Part shown: positions 11,190 to 20,109 of the stretch, one piece after another | How the letters are laid out: the number at the start of each line of letters is the position of its first letter | Numbering within the stretch: the first letter of the stretch is position 1 | NCBI GenBank assembly: GCA_035491955.1 | Contig: DATJJU010000015.1 | Coordinates: forward strand, 30,440-94,439 | Reading direction: 5' to 3' | From: Minisyncoccota bacterium | GTDB lineage: Bacteria; Patescibacteriota; Minisyncoccia; Phycocordibacterales; UBA9973 | DNA: 64,000 bases | The notes under the pieces: model-generated | Told to the model about the DNA's origin: nothing | Databases searched by the model: none | What the model saw: the letters and a program-made list of their open reading frames with translations, nothing else | Position numbers and translations under genes: made by a program

Positions 11190-12503
11190 ATGCCAAAAAA
11201 ACCCGTTAAGAAATCACAACCAAAGAAAGCAGTAAAGAAGGCGACCGCCTCAAAAAAGACCCAGCTGGCAAAGGGTAAAAAGCCAGCAAAGAAAACAGTC
11301 GTTAAGAAGACTGTAAAAAAAGCAAAAGTTGTGAAGCCAGTAAAAAAGGCTGCTACTCCTCCTAAGAACAAACCAAAACCAATCACGATTCGTCATGCCG
11401 GTACTGCTCCGCGTCGCGAAAACAATAGTGAGAAGAAAATAAAAGAAATGGAAGTAAAGTCCCAAGAGCTTATTGTCAAAGGCAAGAAGCGCGGCTTTAT
11501 TACGTATGATGAAATTTTAAAAACATTCCCGGATATTGAAAACAATATCATGTTCCTCGATGAACTGTACGAAAAGTTCAGCGTAGCAGGCATTGATATT
11601 TTGGAAGGTGGAAATCTGCTCGATATCGATAGCAATGAAGACCTTTCAAAATATGTCAAAGACAGCCACAGTTTCAGTTCGGTGCAAATGTATTTGAAGG
11701 ATATCGGACAGTACCCATTGATCAATGCGGCTCAAGAAAAAGAGTTTGCGAAGCGTATCGCAGCCGGAGACTTGGAAGCAAAGAATCTGCTTGCTCGTTC
11801 AAACTTGCGCTTGGTAGTGTCCATTGCCAAGAAGTACGCTAACCGTACCGCTGACCTGACATTGCTTGATCTTATTCAAGAAGGAAACATCGGGCTCTTT
11901 AAGGCAGTTGAAAAGTTTGACTATACCAAAGGCTTTAAGTTCTCAACCTATGCGACATGGTGGATCAGACAATCAATCACTCGTGCACTGGCTGACCAGT
12001 CACGTACCATTCGTATCCCTGTGCACATGGTAGAAACTATTTCTAAGTATAAACAGGTCATGCGTCGTTTGGCACAAGACTTAGGCCGTGATCCAATGCC
12101 GGAAGAAATTGCAAATGAAATGGGTATCGAAGTTGAGAAAGTTCATGTTATTGAGCAGATCAACCAAGAGACTCGTTCATTAGAGTCTCCGATCGGTGAC
12201 GATGAAGACAAGTCTACATTTGGTGAGTTCATTGCCGATGATAAGATTCTTCGTCCTGACCAGGAAGCCAGTCGTCGCATGCTGCAGGATGCTATCCGCG
12301 CCGTGCTTGAAGAGCTTTCTCCAAAAGAGAAGCGTATCCTTGAAATGCGCTACGGTTTGATTGACGGTGTACAGCACACCCTCGAAGAAGTCGGTAAAGA
12401 GTTTGGTGTCACTCGCGAACGTATTCGTCAAATCGAAGCCAAAGTTCATGAAAAGCTTCGCCAAAACGACCGCATCCAACGCCTCCGCAACTATTTCGAC
12501 TAA
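11190..12503 (+). CDS. rpoD: Primary sigma70 factor with Lys/Ala/Pro-rich N-terminal extension
   Basis: [54 protein letters not shown]. Confidence 0.97.
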   Translation: MPKKPVKKSQPKKAVKKATASKKTQLAKGKKPAKKTVVKKTVKKAKVVKPVKKAATPPKNKPKPITIRHAGTAPRRENNSEKKIKEMEVKSQELIVKGKKRGFITYDEILKTFPDIENNIMFLDELYEKFSVAGIDILEGGNLLDIDSNEDLSKYVKDSHSFSSVQMYLKDIGQYPLINAAQEKEFAKRIAAGDLEAKNLLARSNLRLVVSIAKKYANRTADLTLLDLIQEGNIGLFKAVEKFDYTKGFKFSTYATWWIRQSITRALADQSRTIRIPVHMVETISKYKQVMRRLAQDLGRDPMPEEIANEMGIEVEKVHVIEQINQETRSLESPIGDDEDKSTFGEFIADDKILRPDQEASRRMLQDAIRAVLEELSPKEKRILEMRYGLIDGVQHTLEEVGKEFGVTRERIRQIEAKVHEKLRQNDRIQRLRNYFD

Positions 12504-12543
12504 AATCCCATAGGAAATTCCTATGGAGTTTCAACATAAAAAC

Positions 12544-12571
12544 AAAAGCCGTCCAATCAGGGACGGCTTTT
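12544..12571. terminator. Bidirectional intrinsic terminator between rpoD and the DsbA-like gene
   Basis: AAAAGCCGTCC-N6-GGACGGCTTTT between convergent genes. Confidence 0.8.
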
Positions 12572-12589
12572 GACCTTTTTATTTCACGA

Positions 12590-13360
12590 TTACTTCAAAA
12601 GGGAATCGATATCCTTCTCAACCGCATCAAGAGGGTATGAACCAGGAATAATGATTTGTTTGCCGGTCTTGGTATTTACGATAATGCTGAATGGCGTACC
12701 TTGCGCGCCGATTGATTCAGATTCTTTTATACTTGCGTCAATTGTTGCACTAGTTGCTGGATTAGCAACACAAGTATTGAAGGCATTCTTATCAACACCT
12801 TGTTCAGATGCGAATGTTGCTAATGTGTTGAAAGTGTCTTTCGTAGGAGAAAGGGTAACATTCATAATGGCATCAAGAAAACCGTTAAATGCTTTTGCTC
12901 CGCCAAGCTGACCGACACAATCTAGGGCCTCTGCTTCATTATGAGAGTCCGGGTGAATATCAAGAGGGAAGTAGCGATACACCCATGCCACTTTTCCTTT
13001 GTAGTCTTTCACCACCTGTTGAAGGACGGGGTGAAATTGCTGACAGAACGGACAGTCACTGTCAGAGTATTCGAAGATCAAAATTTGCGCATTTGCATCC
13101 CCGCGGATATGCGCCATATCGCTCGCGCGAAGAGTGGTAACGCTGGCCGGAATACTTGTCGGGGTCGTAGGTGCTGAGCCTGCCGTATTGCCTGTAGCGC
13201 TAGTACTTCCTGATGGATGTAAAGCGATAATAAGCGCTAATGCGATCATTGCTGCGCCCGTTACTATTGCAGCCGCAATAGTAAGAGGGGCTTTGCTCTT
13301 TATTTGTGTCTCTTGCTGCTGAATTTCAACAGGCTGTTCTTGATTTTCTTGTGGTTCCAT
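12590..13360 (-). CDS. Membrane-anchored DsbA/thioredoxin-4 family oxidoreductase
   Basis: N-terminal TM helix, EYSDSDCPFC, VYRYFPL, GAQGTP cis-Pro loop. Confidence 0.9.
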   Translation of the reverse strand: MEPQENQEQPVEIQQQETQIKSKAPLTIAAAIVTGAAMIALALIIALHPSGSTSATGNTAGSAPTTPTSIPASVTTLRASDMAHIRGDANAQILIFEYSDSDCPFCQQFHPVLQQVVKDYKGKVAWVYRYFPLDIHPDSHNEAEALDCVGQLGGAKAFNGFLDAIMNVTLSPTKDTFNTLATFASEQGVDKNAFNTCVANPATSATIDASIKESESIGAQGTPFSIIVNTKTGKQIIIPGSYPLDAVEKDIDSLLK

Positions 13361-13423
13361 ACCCGCAGTATATCGTATTTTCTATCTGGAAAAAATAGGC
13401 CCTTCATGCTAGTATGAAGGGCA

Positions 13424-14674
13424 ATGACCGTAGGGGAAATAATAACGTATGCAGTCATATTTTTGGCTGTCTATGTGCAGGTATTCCTTTTTGTGACCTA
13501 TCTCGAGCATCGCAAAAAGCTGCCACAATTGATGAGTCAGGACGTACCGGAGATCCATAATCCTCCAAAGGTGGCTATTATCGTGCCTTGTTGGAACGAA
13601 GAAAAGACTGTCCATGGCACCATCGCTTCCATCCTAGCGCTTGATTATCCACAGGACAGACTAGAAGTAATTGCTGTTGATGATGGGAGCACGGATACCA
13701 CATGGCAAGAGCTGCAATATTACAAGGACAATCCGCGCGTGCGCATCTTCCAAAAAGAGAATGGCGGCAAGCACACTGCTATTAACTTTGGTATTGATAA
13801 TACGGATGCAGAAATTATTGGAGGACTTGATGCAGACTCATTCGTAGCCCCTGATGCTTTGAAGCGTATGGTCGCCATGTTTCAAGCGGACCCCGCTGTT
13901 ATGGCCGTCACGCCATCGCTGATTGTTCACAATCCTAAAAATCTTCTTCAGTATGCTCAGCGCGTAGAGTACAACATGAGTACTTATAATAAGAAGATGC
14001 TGTCATTCCTTGGCGCTATTCACGTAACACCAGGACCTTTTTCTCTTTTTCGAAAGTCACTCTTTGATCAGATTGGCAAATTCCGCAAAGCTCACAATAC
14101 TGAAGATCAGGAACTTGCATATCGCATGCAGAAAAATCACATGAAGATTGAGCACTGCGTCAACGCATATGTGTATACATCTTCTCCTAATACTGTGAAG
14201 AAATTATATAAACAACGCTTGCGCTGGATCTACGGCTTCATTCAAAATACTATCGACTATCGCCAGCTTGTATTCAATCGGGAGTATCTCAATTTCTCTT
14301 TCTTTACCTTGCCGTCAGGCATTATTTCTATCATTGCTGTCGTTTTCCTGTCAGGAACATTCTTATACGATCTTATCGTCTTTATCATAAAGAAGATTAC
14401 CCAATACTCTACGATCGGCTTTACAACAACACGCTTTCATTTTAACTTCAGCCTTTTCTATATCAATACTCAGACGGTGTTCTTCATTACCATCATTCTG
14501 TATGTTCTCCTTATTTTTTCTATTGTCATGGGCACTCGGCTCAACCAACAGGGTAAGGGGTTTGATTGGCATATCATTCTCTATATAGTCGTGTACAGCA
14601 TCATTGCACCATTCTGGCTTTTGAAAGCAGTATGGAATACAATTACAGGACGACGACAGCCGGCGTGGCGATAA
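13424..14674 (+). CDS. Processive GT2 glycosyltransferase (PgaC/IcaA-like), membrane-bound
   Basis: VDDGSTD, NGGK, DAD, TED and QRLRW (QxxRW) motifs; N- and C-terminal TM helices. Confidence 0.9.
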   Translation: MTVGEIITYAVIFLAVYVQVFLFVTYLEHRKKLPQLMSQDVPEIHNPPKVAIIVPCWNEEKTVHGTIASILALDYPQDRLEVIAVDDGSTDTTWQELQYYKDNPRVRIFQKENGGKHTAINFGIDNTDAEIIGGLDADSFVAPDALKRMVAMFQADPAVMAVTPSLIVHNPKNLLQYAQRVEYNMSTYNKKMLSFLGAIHVTPGPFSLFRKSLFDQIGKFRKAHNTEDQELAYRMQKNHMKIEHCVNAYVYTSSPNTVKKLYKQRLRWIYGFIQNTIDYRQLVFNREYLNFSFFTLPSGIISIIAVVFLSGTFLYDLIVFIIKKITQYSTIGFTTTRFHFNFSLFYINTQTVFFITIILYVLLIFSIVMGTRLNQQGKGFDWHIILYIVVYSIIAPFWLLKAVWNTITGRRQPAWR

Positions 14675-14678
14675 TACT

Positions 14679-15398
14679 ATGAAGGATTTTAAAAAATATT
14701 TTATCGTACTTCTTATTACGGCCGGACTCTTTGCGGTTGCATGGTCTGCCAGTGAATACTTTAACGACCAGAAGATTGCTGAAATTCAAAAGGCTCAAGA
14801 TCAGGCAACGGTAGATGTTATGTCCTCTGAGACGCAGTTTGACTTGCTTGAAGAGCAGTCATGCCAGGATATTGGCAACAATTACTTGGCGCAGGAAATT
14901 TCTGATCTTGCAGATAAGATCTCATATGCTGAGCAAAATATTAACGACCAAACGCAGATTGCACTGTTGAAACAGCAATATTCAGTGCTAGAAGTAAAAG
15001 ATTTTCTTTTGAACAAGCAGATCAGTGCTCGCTGCAAGACACCGATTGCTACTATTTTATATTTCTACAAAACGGACAATACCTGTGCAGATTGTACCAA
15101 GCAAGGGTATGTTCTTGATGCGCTCCGTCAAAACTATCCTCAGATTCGCGTGTACTCATTTGATGCAGGTCTCGACAGCTCTACTATTAGAGCATTGCTC
15201 ACTATTTATAAAGTTCCGGACAATCTACCAGCACTGATTATTAATGGCAAAACAAAAAGTGGTTTTATGAGTATGGATGATATTACAAAGCTTCTCCCAA
15301 AAACTGTTATCAATCCGGTGACCCCCAAGGCAACAACTTCTACTCCGGCCGTAACTTCAAAAAAGCAGGTTATTCCTACTAGTCAGACCAGTCAATAA
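14679..15398 (+). CDS. Exported protein with thioredoxin-like CxxC domain
   Basis: N-terminal hydrophobic segment; LYFYKTDNTCADC and LPALIING. Confidence 0.6.
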   Translation: MKDFKKYFIVLLITAGLFAVAWSASEYFNDQKIAEIQKAQDQATVDVMSSETQFDLLEEQSCQDIGNNYLAQEISDLADKISYAEQNINDQTQIALLKQQYSVLEVKDFLLNKQISARCKTPIATILYFYKTDNTCADCTKQGYVLDALRQNYPQIRVYSFDAGLDSSTIRALLTIYKVPDNLPALIINGKTKSGFMSMDDITKLLPKTVINPVTPKATTSTPAVTSKKQVIPTSQTSQ

Positions 15399-16837
15399 TG
15401 AAAGGGTTTTTAAAATCGCATTGGATACTGATCACTACCATTGCAGCGTTTGCGCTGGTTCGTATTGTCACCTTGACCTATCATGGTGTGCCGTACTGGG
15501 ATGCTGCTATTTATATAGGCATGGGAAAGTATCTCTTTTCTCACGGCATTATTGGTACATGGGAAATTCTTCGCCCGGTTGCATTGCCAATCGTTTTGGG
15601 ATCTTTTTGGAAGCTGGGCATTAGTCCGTATCTTGCCGGCACAATCATTAGCTTGCTCATTAGCTGCGCCACTATTGTCTTGGTCTATTTTTTTGCAGAA
15701 GATATTCGCACAGGAGCAGGAGATATTGCAGCTGTAGTTCTGGCTGGTTGCGGAGTCTTTTTTACATATAGTGCTGTTCCTATCACCGATATTATTTCCA
15801 CATTCTTTTCATTGCTGGCGTTATGGCTTACGTACAAAGCTGATAAAAACAGGCAGTATTTTCTTGCCGGCATTACCGTAGCAATAGCATTTATGTTTCG
15901 TTTCCCGCAAGGACTACTTTTGCCATCTACGATGCTTGTGACATTCATAAAAATGTTTCAAGAAAAAGGAAAATGGAATGACAAAATCGTTCGCATGTTG
16001 GAAAGAGTATTTTTGATTGGTGCGGGCTTTTGTATCATAGTTGTACCGTTTCTTGTAGTAAACTATTCTTTTTATCACAATGCTTTCTTGCCATTCATTG
16101 AAGGCACGGCAAGTATTAAAAGTTATCCGAGTTTATACGGCAAAGGCGTATGGTTCTATCCGCTACAGCTATTGAAAGAAGATTTTCTATTGATACTTGG
16201 CATTCTGCCTATCGCTTTATTTTATAAGAAGCAGTATCGATCAAAGGCTGTTATTGCTGTCACAGTGGCGATAGTGATTGTTGGAGGATATTTCGGTATC
16301 TATCAATGGCATAAGGAACTTCGCTATGCATTAGCGTTTCTGCCGTACCTCGCTATTCTTGCTGGTGCAGGCATTGTGTATGTATTGGAGTGGACAAAAA
16401 TGCCGCGCATGCTTTTTTTTGGATTGTTTCTCATTGCCGCATTTATGGTAGCTGCACCACTCTTTGTTTATCGAAATATTGATTCAGATGCGCCGATGTT
16501 CTACAAGTTTGATACATACTTCACGCAAACGCCCGGTGCCCATATCCTGACCACCTCTCCATATACACTCGCATATAGTAGCGTCTATATCACTCACAAC
16601 TTATATGCTGATTGGAATGCTGCATACAGCGATTACAATTCGTTCAAATCTACTAATGACTACATCGCGCTTAACAGTTGCAGTCTTGAGCTTAACTGTC
16701 CCGATGATGGGGGACACTGCACTGACGACAAGCAAAAACTCCTCGCTGAACTAAATAAAGAAGACACTCTCGTCCTCACAACCAAAACCCCTGCACCGAA
16801 TAATTGCGTACTCTCAATATACAAAATAAACCACTAG
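15398..16837 (+). CDS. Polytopic membrane glycosyltransferase, GT-C fold (ArnT/PMT_2-like)
   Basis: WDAAIY after the first TM helix, RPVALP, FRFPQG, KELRY; about 10 TM segments. Confidence 0.7.
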   Translation: MKGFLKSHWILITTIAAFALVRIVTLTYHGVPYWDAAIYIGMGKYLFSHGIIGTWEILRPVALPIVLGSFWKLGISPYLAGTIISLLISCATIVLVYFFAEDIRTGAGDIAAVVLAGCGVFFTYSAVPITDIISTFFSLLALWLTYKADKNRQYFLAGITVAIAFMFRFPQGLLLPSTMLVTFIKMFQEKGKWNDKIVRMLERVFLIGAGFCIIVVPFLVVNYSFYHNAFLPFIEGTASIKSYPSLYGKGVWFYPLQLLKEDFLLILGILPIALFYKKQYRSKAVIAVTVAIVIVGGYFGIYQWHKELRYALAFLPYLAILAGAGIVYVLEWTKMPRMLFFGLFLIAAFMVAAPLFVYRNIDSDAPMFYKFDTYFTQTPGAHILTTSPYTLAYSSVYITHNLYADWNAAYSDYNSFKSTNDYIALNSCSLELNCPDDGGHCTDDKQKLLAELNKEDTLVLTTKTPAPNNCVLSIYKINH

Positions 16838-16863
16838 AAAAATCCCCTTTTGGGGATTTTTCT
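16836..16863. terminator. Bidirectional intrinsic terminator
   Basis: AGAAAAATCCCC-TTTT-GGGGATTTTTCT, perfect 12-bp arms. Confidence 0.8.
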
Positions 16864-16864
16864 G

Positions 16865-16939
16865 TGGAGCCGGAAGACAGGTTGGGCTGACGAGATCCTT
16901 CGCTTTATACAAAAGGTCACTACAACTGAACTATTCCTC
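16865..16939 (-). pseudogene. Degenerate tandem copy of tRNA-Thr
   Basis: Colinear with the adjacent tRNA-Thr (plus-strand blocks GAGCCGGAAGACAG, CTGACGA, CCTTCGCTTTA, CAAAAG, AACTGA.CTATTCC), with indels and a broken T-loop. Confidence 0.7.
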
Positions 16940-16944
16940 TAATG

Positions 16945-17017
16945 AGCCGGAAGACAGACTTGAACTGACGACCTTCGCTTTACAAAAGCGTTGCTCTACC
17001 AACTGAGCTATTCCGGC
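16945..17017 (-). tRNA. tRNA-Thr(TGT)
   Basis: GCCGGAA TA GCTC AGTTGGTA GAGC A ACGCT TTTGTAA AGCGA AGGTC GTCAG TTCAAGT CTGTC TTCCGGC T forms a cloverleaf; no encoded CCA. Confidence 0.92.
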
Positions 17018-17031
17018 ATACTGATATTCAG

Positions 17032-17454
17032 CTAAGCTACAATATCAGGTTTTTGTTCTTCTTGCAAACCTTCTGAAGGTTTTTTTCTTCTCGCATACAC
17101 CCTTCTCGGCTTCTCTCTTTTGGAGAGGCTCGCCAAGAAATATGAGGATGGTCCGTGTTCAAGGCCGGTCAAAAGGTCTTGTTCGGCAAAAGCTGCTTTA
17201 GCGCGAGGAAAGACTGTAGTAAATACTGTCTTGGCTTTTTTATTGCCCCACACGGCAGCTTTCTTGCTATAGCGAATGCTTTCGTACCAGCTTCGACGGG
17301 CAAGGCGGGCGGTTTTGTTCCAGTGACGTACAACATCGCCGCGCTTCAATGTCTTGCGCTCTAGGCCTTCTTCAGTCTGCCACCACAGCGCCATAGTAGA
17401 AAGCCATAGCGCGATGAGCAGTACTGCCAAAATGCATACTAAGATAAGTATCAT
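17032..17454 (-). CDS. Hypothetical membrane-anchored basic protein
   Basis: N-terminal TM helix; start overlaps the tsf stop by 4 nt, suggesting translational coupling. Confidence 0.65.
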   Translation of the reverse strand: MILILVCILAVLLIALWLSTMALWWQTEEGLERKTLKRGDVVRHWNKTARLARRSWYESIRYSKKAAVWGNKKAKTVFTTVFPRAKAAFAEQDLLTGLEHGPSSYFLASLSKREKPRRVYARRKKPSEGLQEEQKPDIVA

Positions 17455-18236
17455 GCACCTACAGTATACAATACGAAGGTATCAACAGTAGCACCGTTTT
17501 CTTTGGCGTACTGTTCAATGGTCTTTTCTGGGGCCTTGAAAAATGGCTGATTAAGAAGTGTCTGTTCTGCAAAGAAGCTATTGATCTTGCCTTCAAGCAT
17601 CTTGTCTTTGATTTCTTGAGGCTTGTCGCTCTGAGCAACCTCTTCCTCCATCACTGCTTTCACTTTATCCTTTTGCTCTGCTGAGATATCAGCACTACTA
17701 AGGAATGAAGGCTTCATAGCAGCCACATGCATAGCGATATCTTTTGCTACTTCTGGAGTGCCACCTTTCAATACCACTGCAGCAGCAGATTTCTTGTCGA
17801 AGTGAGTGTAGTTGCCAACGACTTCACCTTTAAGATCTTCTGCGCCGCCGAGCTGAATGTTTTCACCAGTCTTCAACACAACCGCATTGATCATTTCTGG
17901 CGCAGCTTCCTGCATTTTTTCTACACCTTGTTCCCATGCGAGAGCGAGAAGTGCATCTGCAAGATTAACGAAGTCGTCGTTCTTTGCTACGAAGTCGGTT
18001 TCGCAGTTCAATACGAGTGTTACAACGCGTGAGCCATCAGTACGCATAACAACAATGCCGTCAGCTGCTGAACGGTCTGATTTCTTTTGTGCTGCTTCGC
18101 CGCCCTTCTTCTGAAGAATGATTAAAGCTTTTTCCATGTCGCCATTGGCTTCTTCCAATGCTTTGCGGCACTGCATGATAGAAATGCCTGTCTTGTCGCG
18201 AAGTTCTTTTACTTGTTCTGTGGTGATTGTACTCAT
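17451..18236 (-). CDS. tsf: Translation elongation factor Ts
   Basis: VKELRDKTG..CRKAL, NCETDFVA, IAMHVAAMKP; downstream of rpsB. Confidence 0.97.
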   Translation of the reverse strand: MSTITTEQVKELRDKTGISIMQCRKALEEANGDMEKALIILQKKGGEAAQKKSDRSAADGIVVMRTDGSRVVTLVLNCETDFVAKNDDFVNLADALLALAWEQGVEKMQEAAPEMINAVVLKTGENIQLGGAEDLKGEVVGNYTHFDKKSAAAVVLKGGTPEVAKDIAMHVAAMKPSFLSSADISAEQKDKVKAVMEEEVAQSDKPQEIKDKMLEGKINSFFAEQTLLNQPFFKAPEKTIEQYAKENGATVDTFVLYTVGA

Positions 18237-18272
18237 TGTTTTTATAATTTATCTAATTAATCTAGTGTTCTA

Positions 18273-18394
18273 GTGAAGCGGAAATAGAAATACCTTGAGA
18301 AATGCATTGCGCAAGGCTGACTGAGCCGAGCATAGCAAAATTTCAGCAGAAATTTATGCGCGTATTTCGAAAGGTGATTTCTATGAGAGCTTAC
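18273..18394. repeat. Intergenic imperfect palindromic (REP/MITE-like) element
   Basis: TAGAAATACCTTGAGAAATGC (from 18285) pairs with GTATTTCGAAAGGTGATTTCTA (to 18383) and encloses two internal hairpins. Confidence 0.55.
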
Positions 18395-19062
18395 CTTTGA
18401 AATGCGTCTTTTAGTATACCAAGAATTGCAGAAATAGAAGAAGCAGAACTGTCGTTTGCAATGATAGGATATTGGACAGCGCGAGTAGAACAGTCAGTGT
18501 TGCCGATAGCGATCACTGGAATATTAGACTTGCGAGCTTCTGCTACTGCAATGTGCTCTTTCTTTGAGTCGATAACAACTACTGCATCAGGAAGCTTCGT
18601 CATACCAACAAGACCGTTGAAGTATTTGTTCAAACGATCAAGTTCGCGAGTCAAAAGAAGCTGCTCTTTCTTGGTGAACTTTTCGTATTCGCCAGATGCG
18701 CGCTTTTCTTTCATTTCTTCAAGCTTGTTGATACGGCGCTTGATTTCACCGAAGTTGGTAAGCATGCCGCCGATCCAACGTTCAGTAACATATGGCTGAT
18801 GAAGAACGCCCGCTGTTTCTTGAATAGCATTGCGAGATTCTGGCTTCACACCAATAAACAATACTGTCTTGCCGGCAGCACTGAGTTCAGCCAGGAATTT
18901 ACCAGCGGCTTCCATCTGAGGAATAGTCTTTTCAAGATCAATAATGTCGATCTTGTCTTTTGTTCCATAGAGGAACTTGGTCACGGTTGGGTGACGGCGA
19001 GTACGTGAGTATCCATAGTGGACACCTGCCTCCATGAGGGCTTTAGGGTCTATATTTTTCAT
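18391..19062 (-). CDS. rpsB: 30S ribosomal protein S2
   Basis: AGVHYG, IIDLEKT, RWIGGMLTN, PIIANDSS. Confidence 0.97.
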   Translation of the reverse strand: MKNIDPKALMEAGVHYGYSRTRRHPTVTKFLYGTKDKIDIIDLEKTIPQMEAAGKFLAELSAAGKTVLFIGVKPESRNAIQETAGVLHQPYVTERWIGGMLTNFGEIKRRINKLEEMKEKRASGEYEKFTKKEQLLLTRELDRLNKYFNGLVGMTKLPDAVVVIDSKKEHIAVAEARKSNIPVIAIGNTDCSTRAVQYPIIANDSSASSISAILGILKDAFQR

Positions 19063-19240
19063 ACAATCTGTAGCAGGAAGGGAACTAGCCCGACCTTAAT
19101 TACTGAATAATTTCATCAAAAGATGAGCCGTAAATATAGCATCCACAGGCGTTTTTGACAAGAAGCTATACTTGACTTTTTTATAAAATAGTGTTATTAT
19201 TTAATCAAGTAAAAATCGTTTTAAAATTTAAAAAATCAAT

Positions 19241-19387
19241 ATGAAAAATCTTCATGCACTAGGAATCATTTTTGCTCTCCAGTCCATAACTCTTGCAATA
19301 ATCCATGCTCCAGGAGCAGCAACAGTCGTGGGCTCATTAGGAGTAATCTGTGTTATTTGCCAAGCATTTTTAAAATCAAAAGAATAA
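19241..19387 (+). CDS. Small hydrophobic protein, 48 aa (not in ORF track)
   Basis: MKNLHALGIIFALQSITLAIIHAPGAATVVGSLGVICVICQAFLKSKE; preceded by TTGACT-N17-TATTAT (19172-19200) and followed by a long hairpin. Confidence 0.6.
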   Translation: MKNLHALGIIFALQSITLAIIHAPGAATVVGSLGVICVICQAFLKSKE

Positions 19388-19398
19388 AACCCGTAATT

Positions 19399-19443
19399 AA
19401 GAACTAAACTCCTCGATTAAGAATCGAGGAGTCTTTAGTTCTT
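19399..19443 (+). terminator. Long hairpin/terminator after the 48-aa ORF
   Basis: AAGAACTAAACTCCTCGATT-AAG-AATCGAGGAG(TC)TTTAGTTCTT. Confidence 0.6.
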
Positions 19444-19501
19444 ATTGACTTTTGAGTAAATGTGTTATAATATAGACAGGAATCCAAAACAAATAAATAC
19501 C

Positions 19502-19702
19502 ATGATTAAAAAATCCTTCTGTATTCTTTTTGCCATTGTTGGCATTGTAGTAATCTATGTAGCGTGTTTTACGCTTACTTTCAATGATAATCGTGCCTAT
19601 ACCGCAATGATCGGTATTGTCACAGCTATGATTGGAGTATATTGGTTTCCCTGGGAAACCTTGTCGAAGCCTGGATCAGCAGCAGCTATCCGCCGTTTTT
19701 AA
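19502..19702 (+). CDS. Small two-TM membrane protein
   Basis: ATG 19502 is preferred over 19460 because the promoter (TTGACT 19445, TATAAT 19466) overlaps the latter; terminator GGCCTGCC..GGCAGGCT-T6 follows. Confidence 0.65.
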   Translation: MIKKSFCILFAIVGIVVIYVACFTLTFNDNRAYTAMIGIVTAMIGVYWFPWETLSKPGSAAAIRRF

Positions 19703-19810
19703 AGAAGGGAAGATAATCGTGAAGAGGCCTGCCTACCTAATTGGCAGGCTTTTTTATTTGCTTTTTAAGGTAAATATGGTAAAAGTCATACAGATTTAAA
19801 TCTTCGAAAA

Positions 19811-20029
19811 ATGGCAAAGTTAAAGAAATCTACGAAATGGCTGATAGTGGCAATCATGATGATGGTAGTCGGTATGGGTTTAATGATGTATTGCTACACA
19901 CAAGAAAAACGCTTTATTCCAGTGTATGGACCCCTTTACGGATCAATCGGATGGGGGATGATGCTGATAGGAATGATTATGGCTGCTGCTATAGTCGCTA
20001 CTACAAATAGACCGTCGCGATATCACTAG
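19811..20029 (+). CDS. Small two-TM, Met-rich membrane protein
   Basis: Two hydrophobic segments; promoter-like TTGCTT upstream and a hairpin plus T-tract downstream. Confidence 0.65.
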   Translation: MAKLKKSTKWLIVAIMMMVVGMGLMMYCYTQEKRFIPVYGPLYGSIGWGMMLIGMIMAAAIVATTNRPSRYH

Positions 20030-20109
20030 GTAATAAAGTGAAGATATATAAAGTCTCAATAAAACGAGGCTTTTTTTATTTGGTTTTTTATGCCAATATA
20101 TAAGGACAT

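Noticed and set aside
19063-19140. Small hairpins upstream of rpsB as an S2 autoregulatory leader
   Set aside because: Plausible, but the stems are short and I could not match a known S2-leader consensus.
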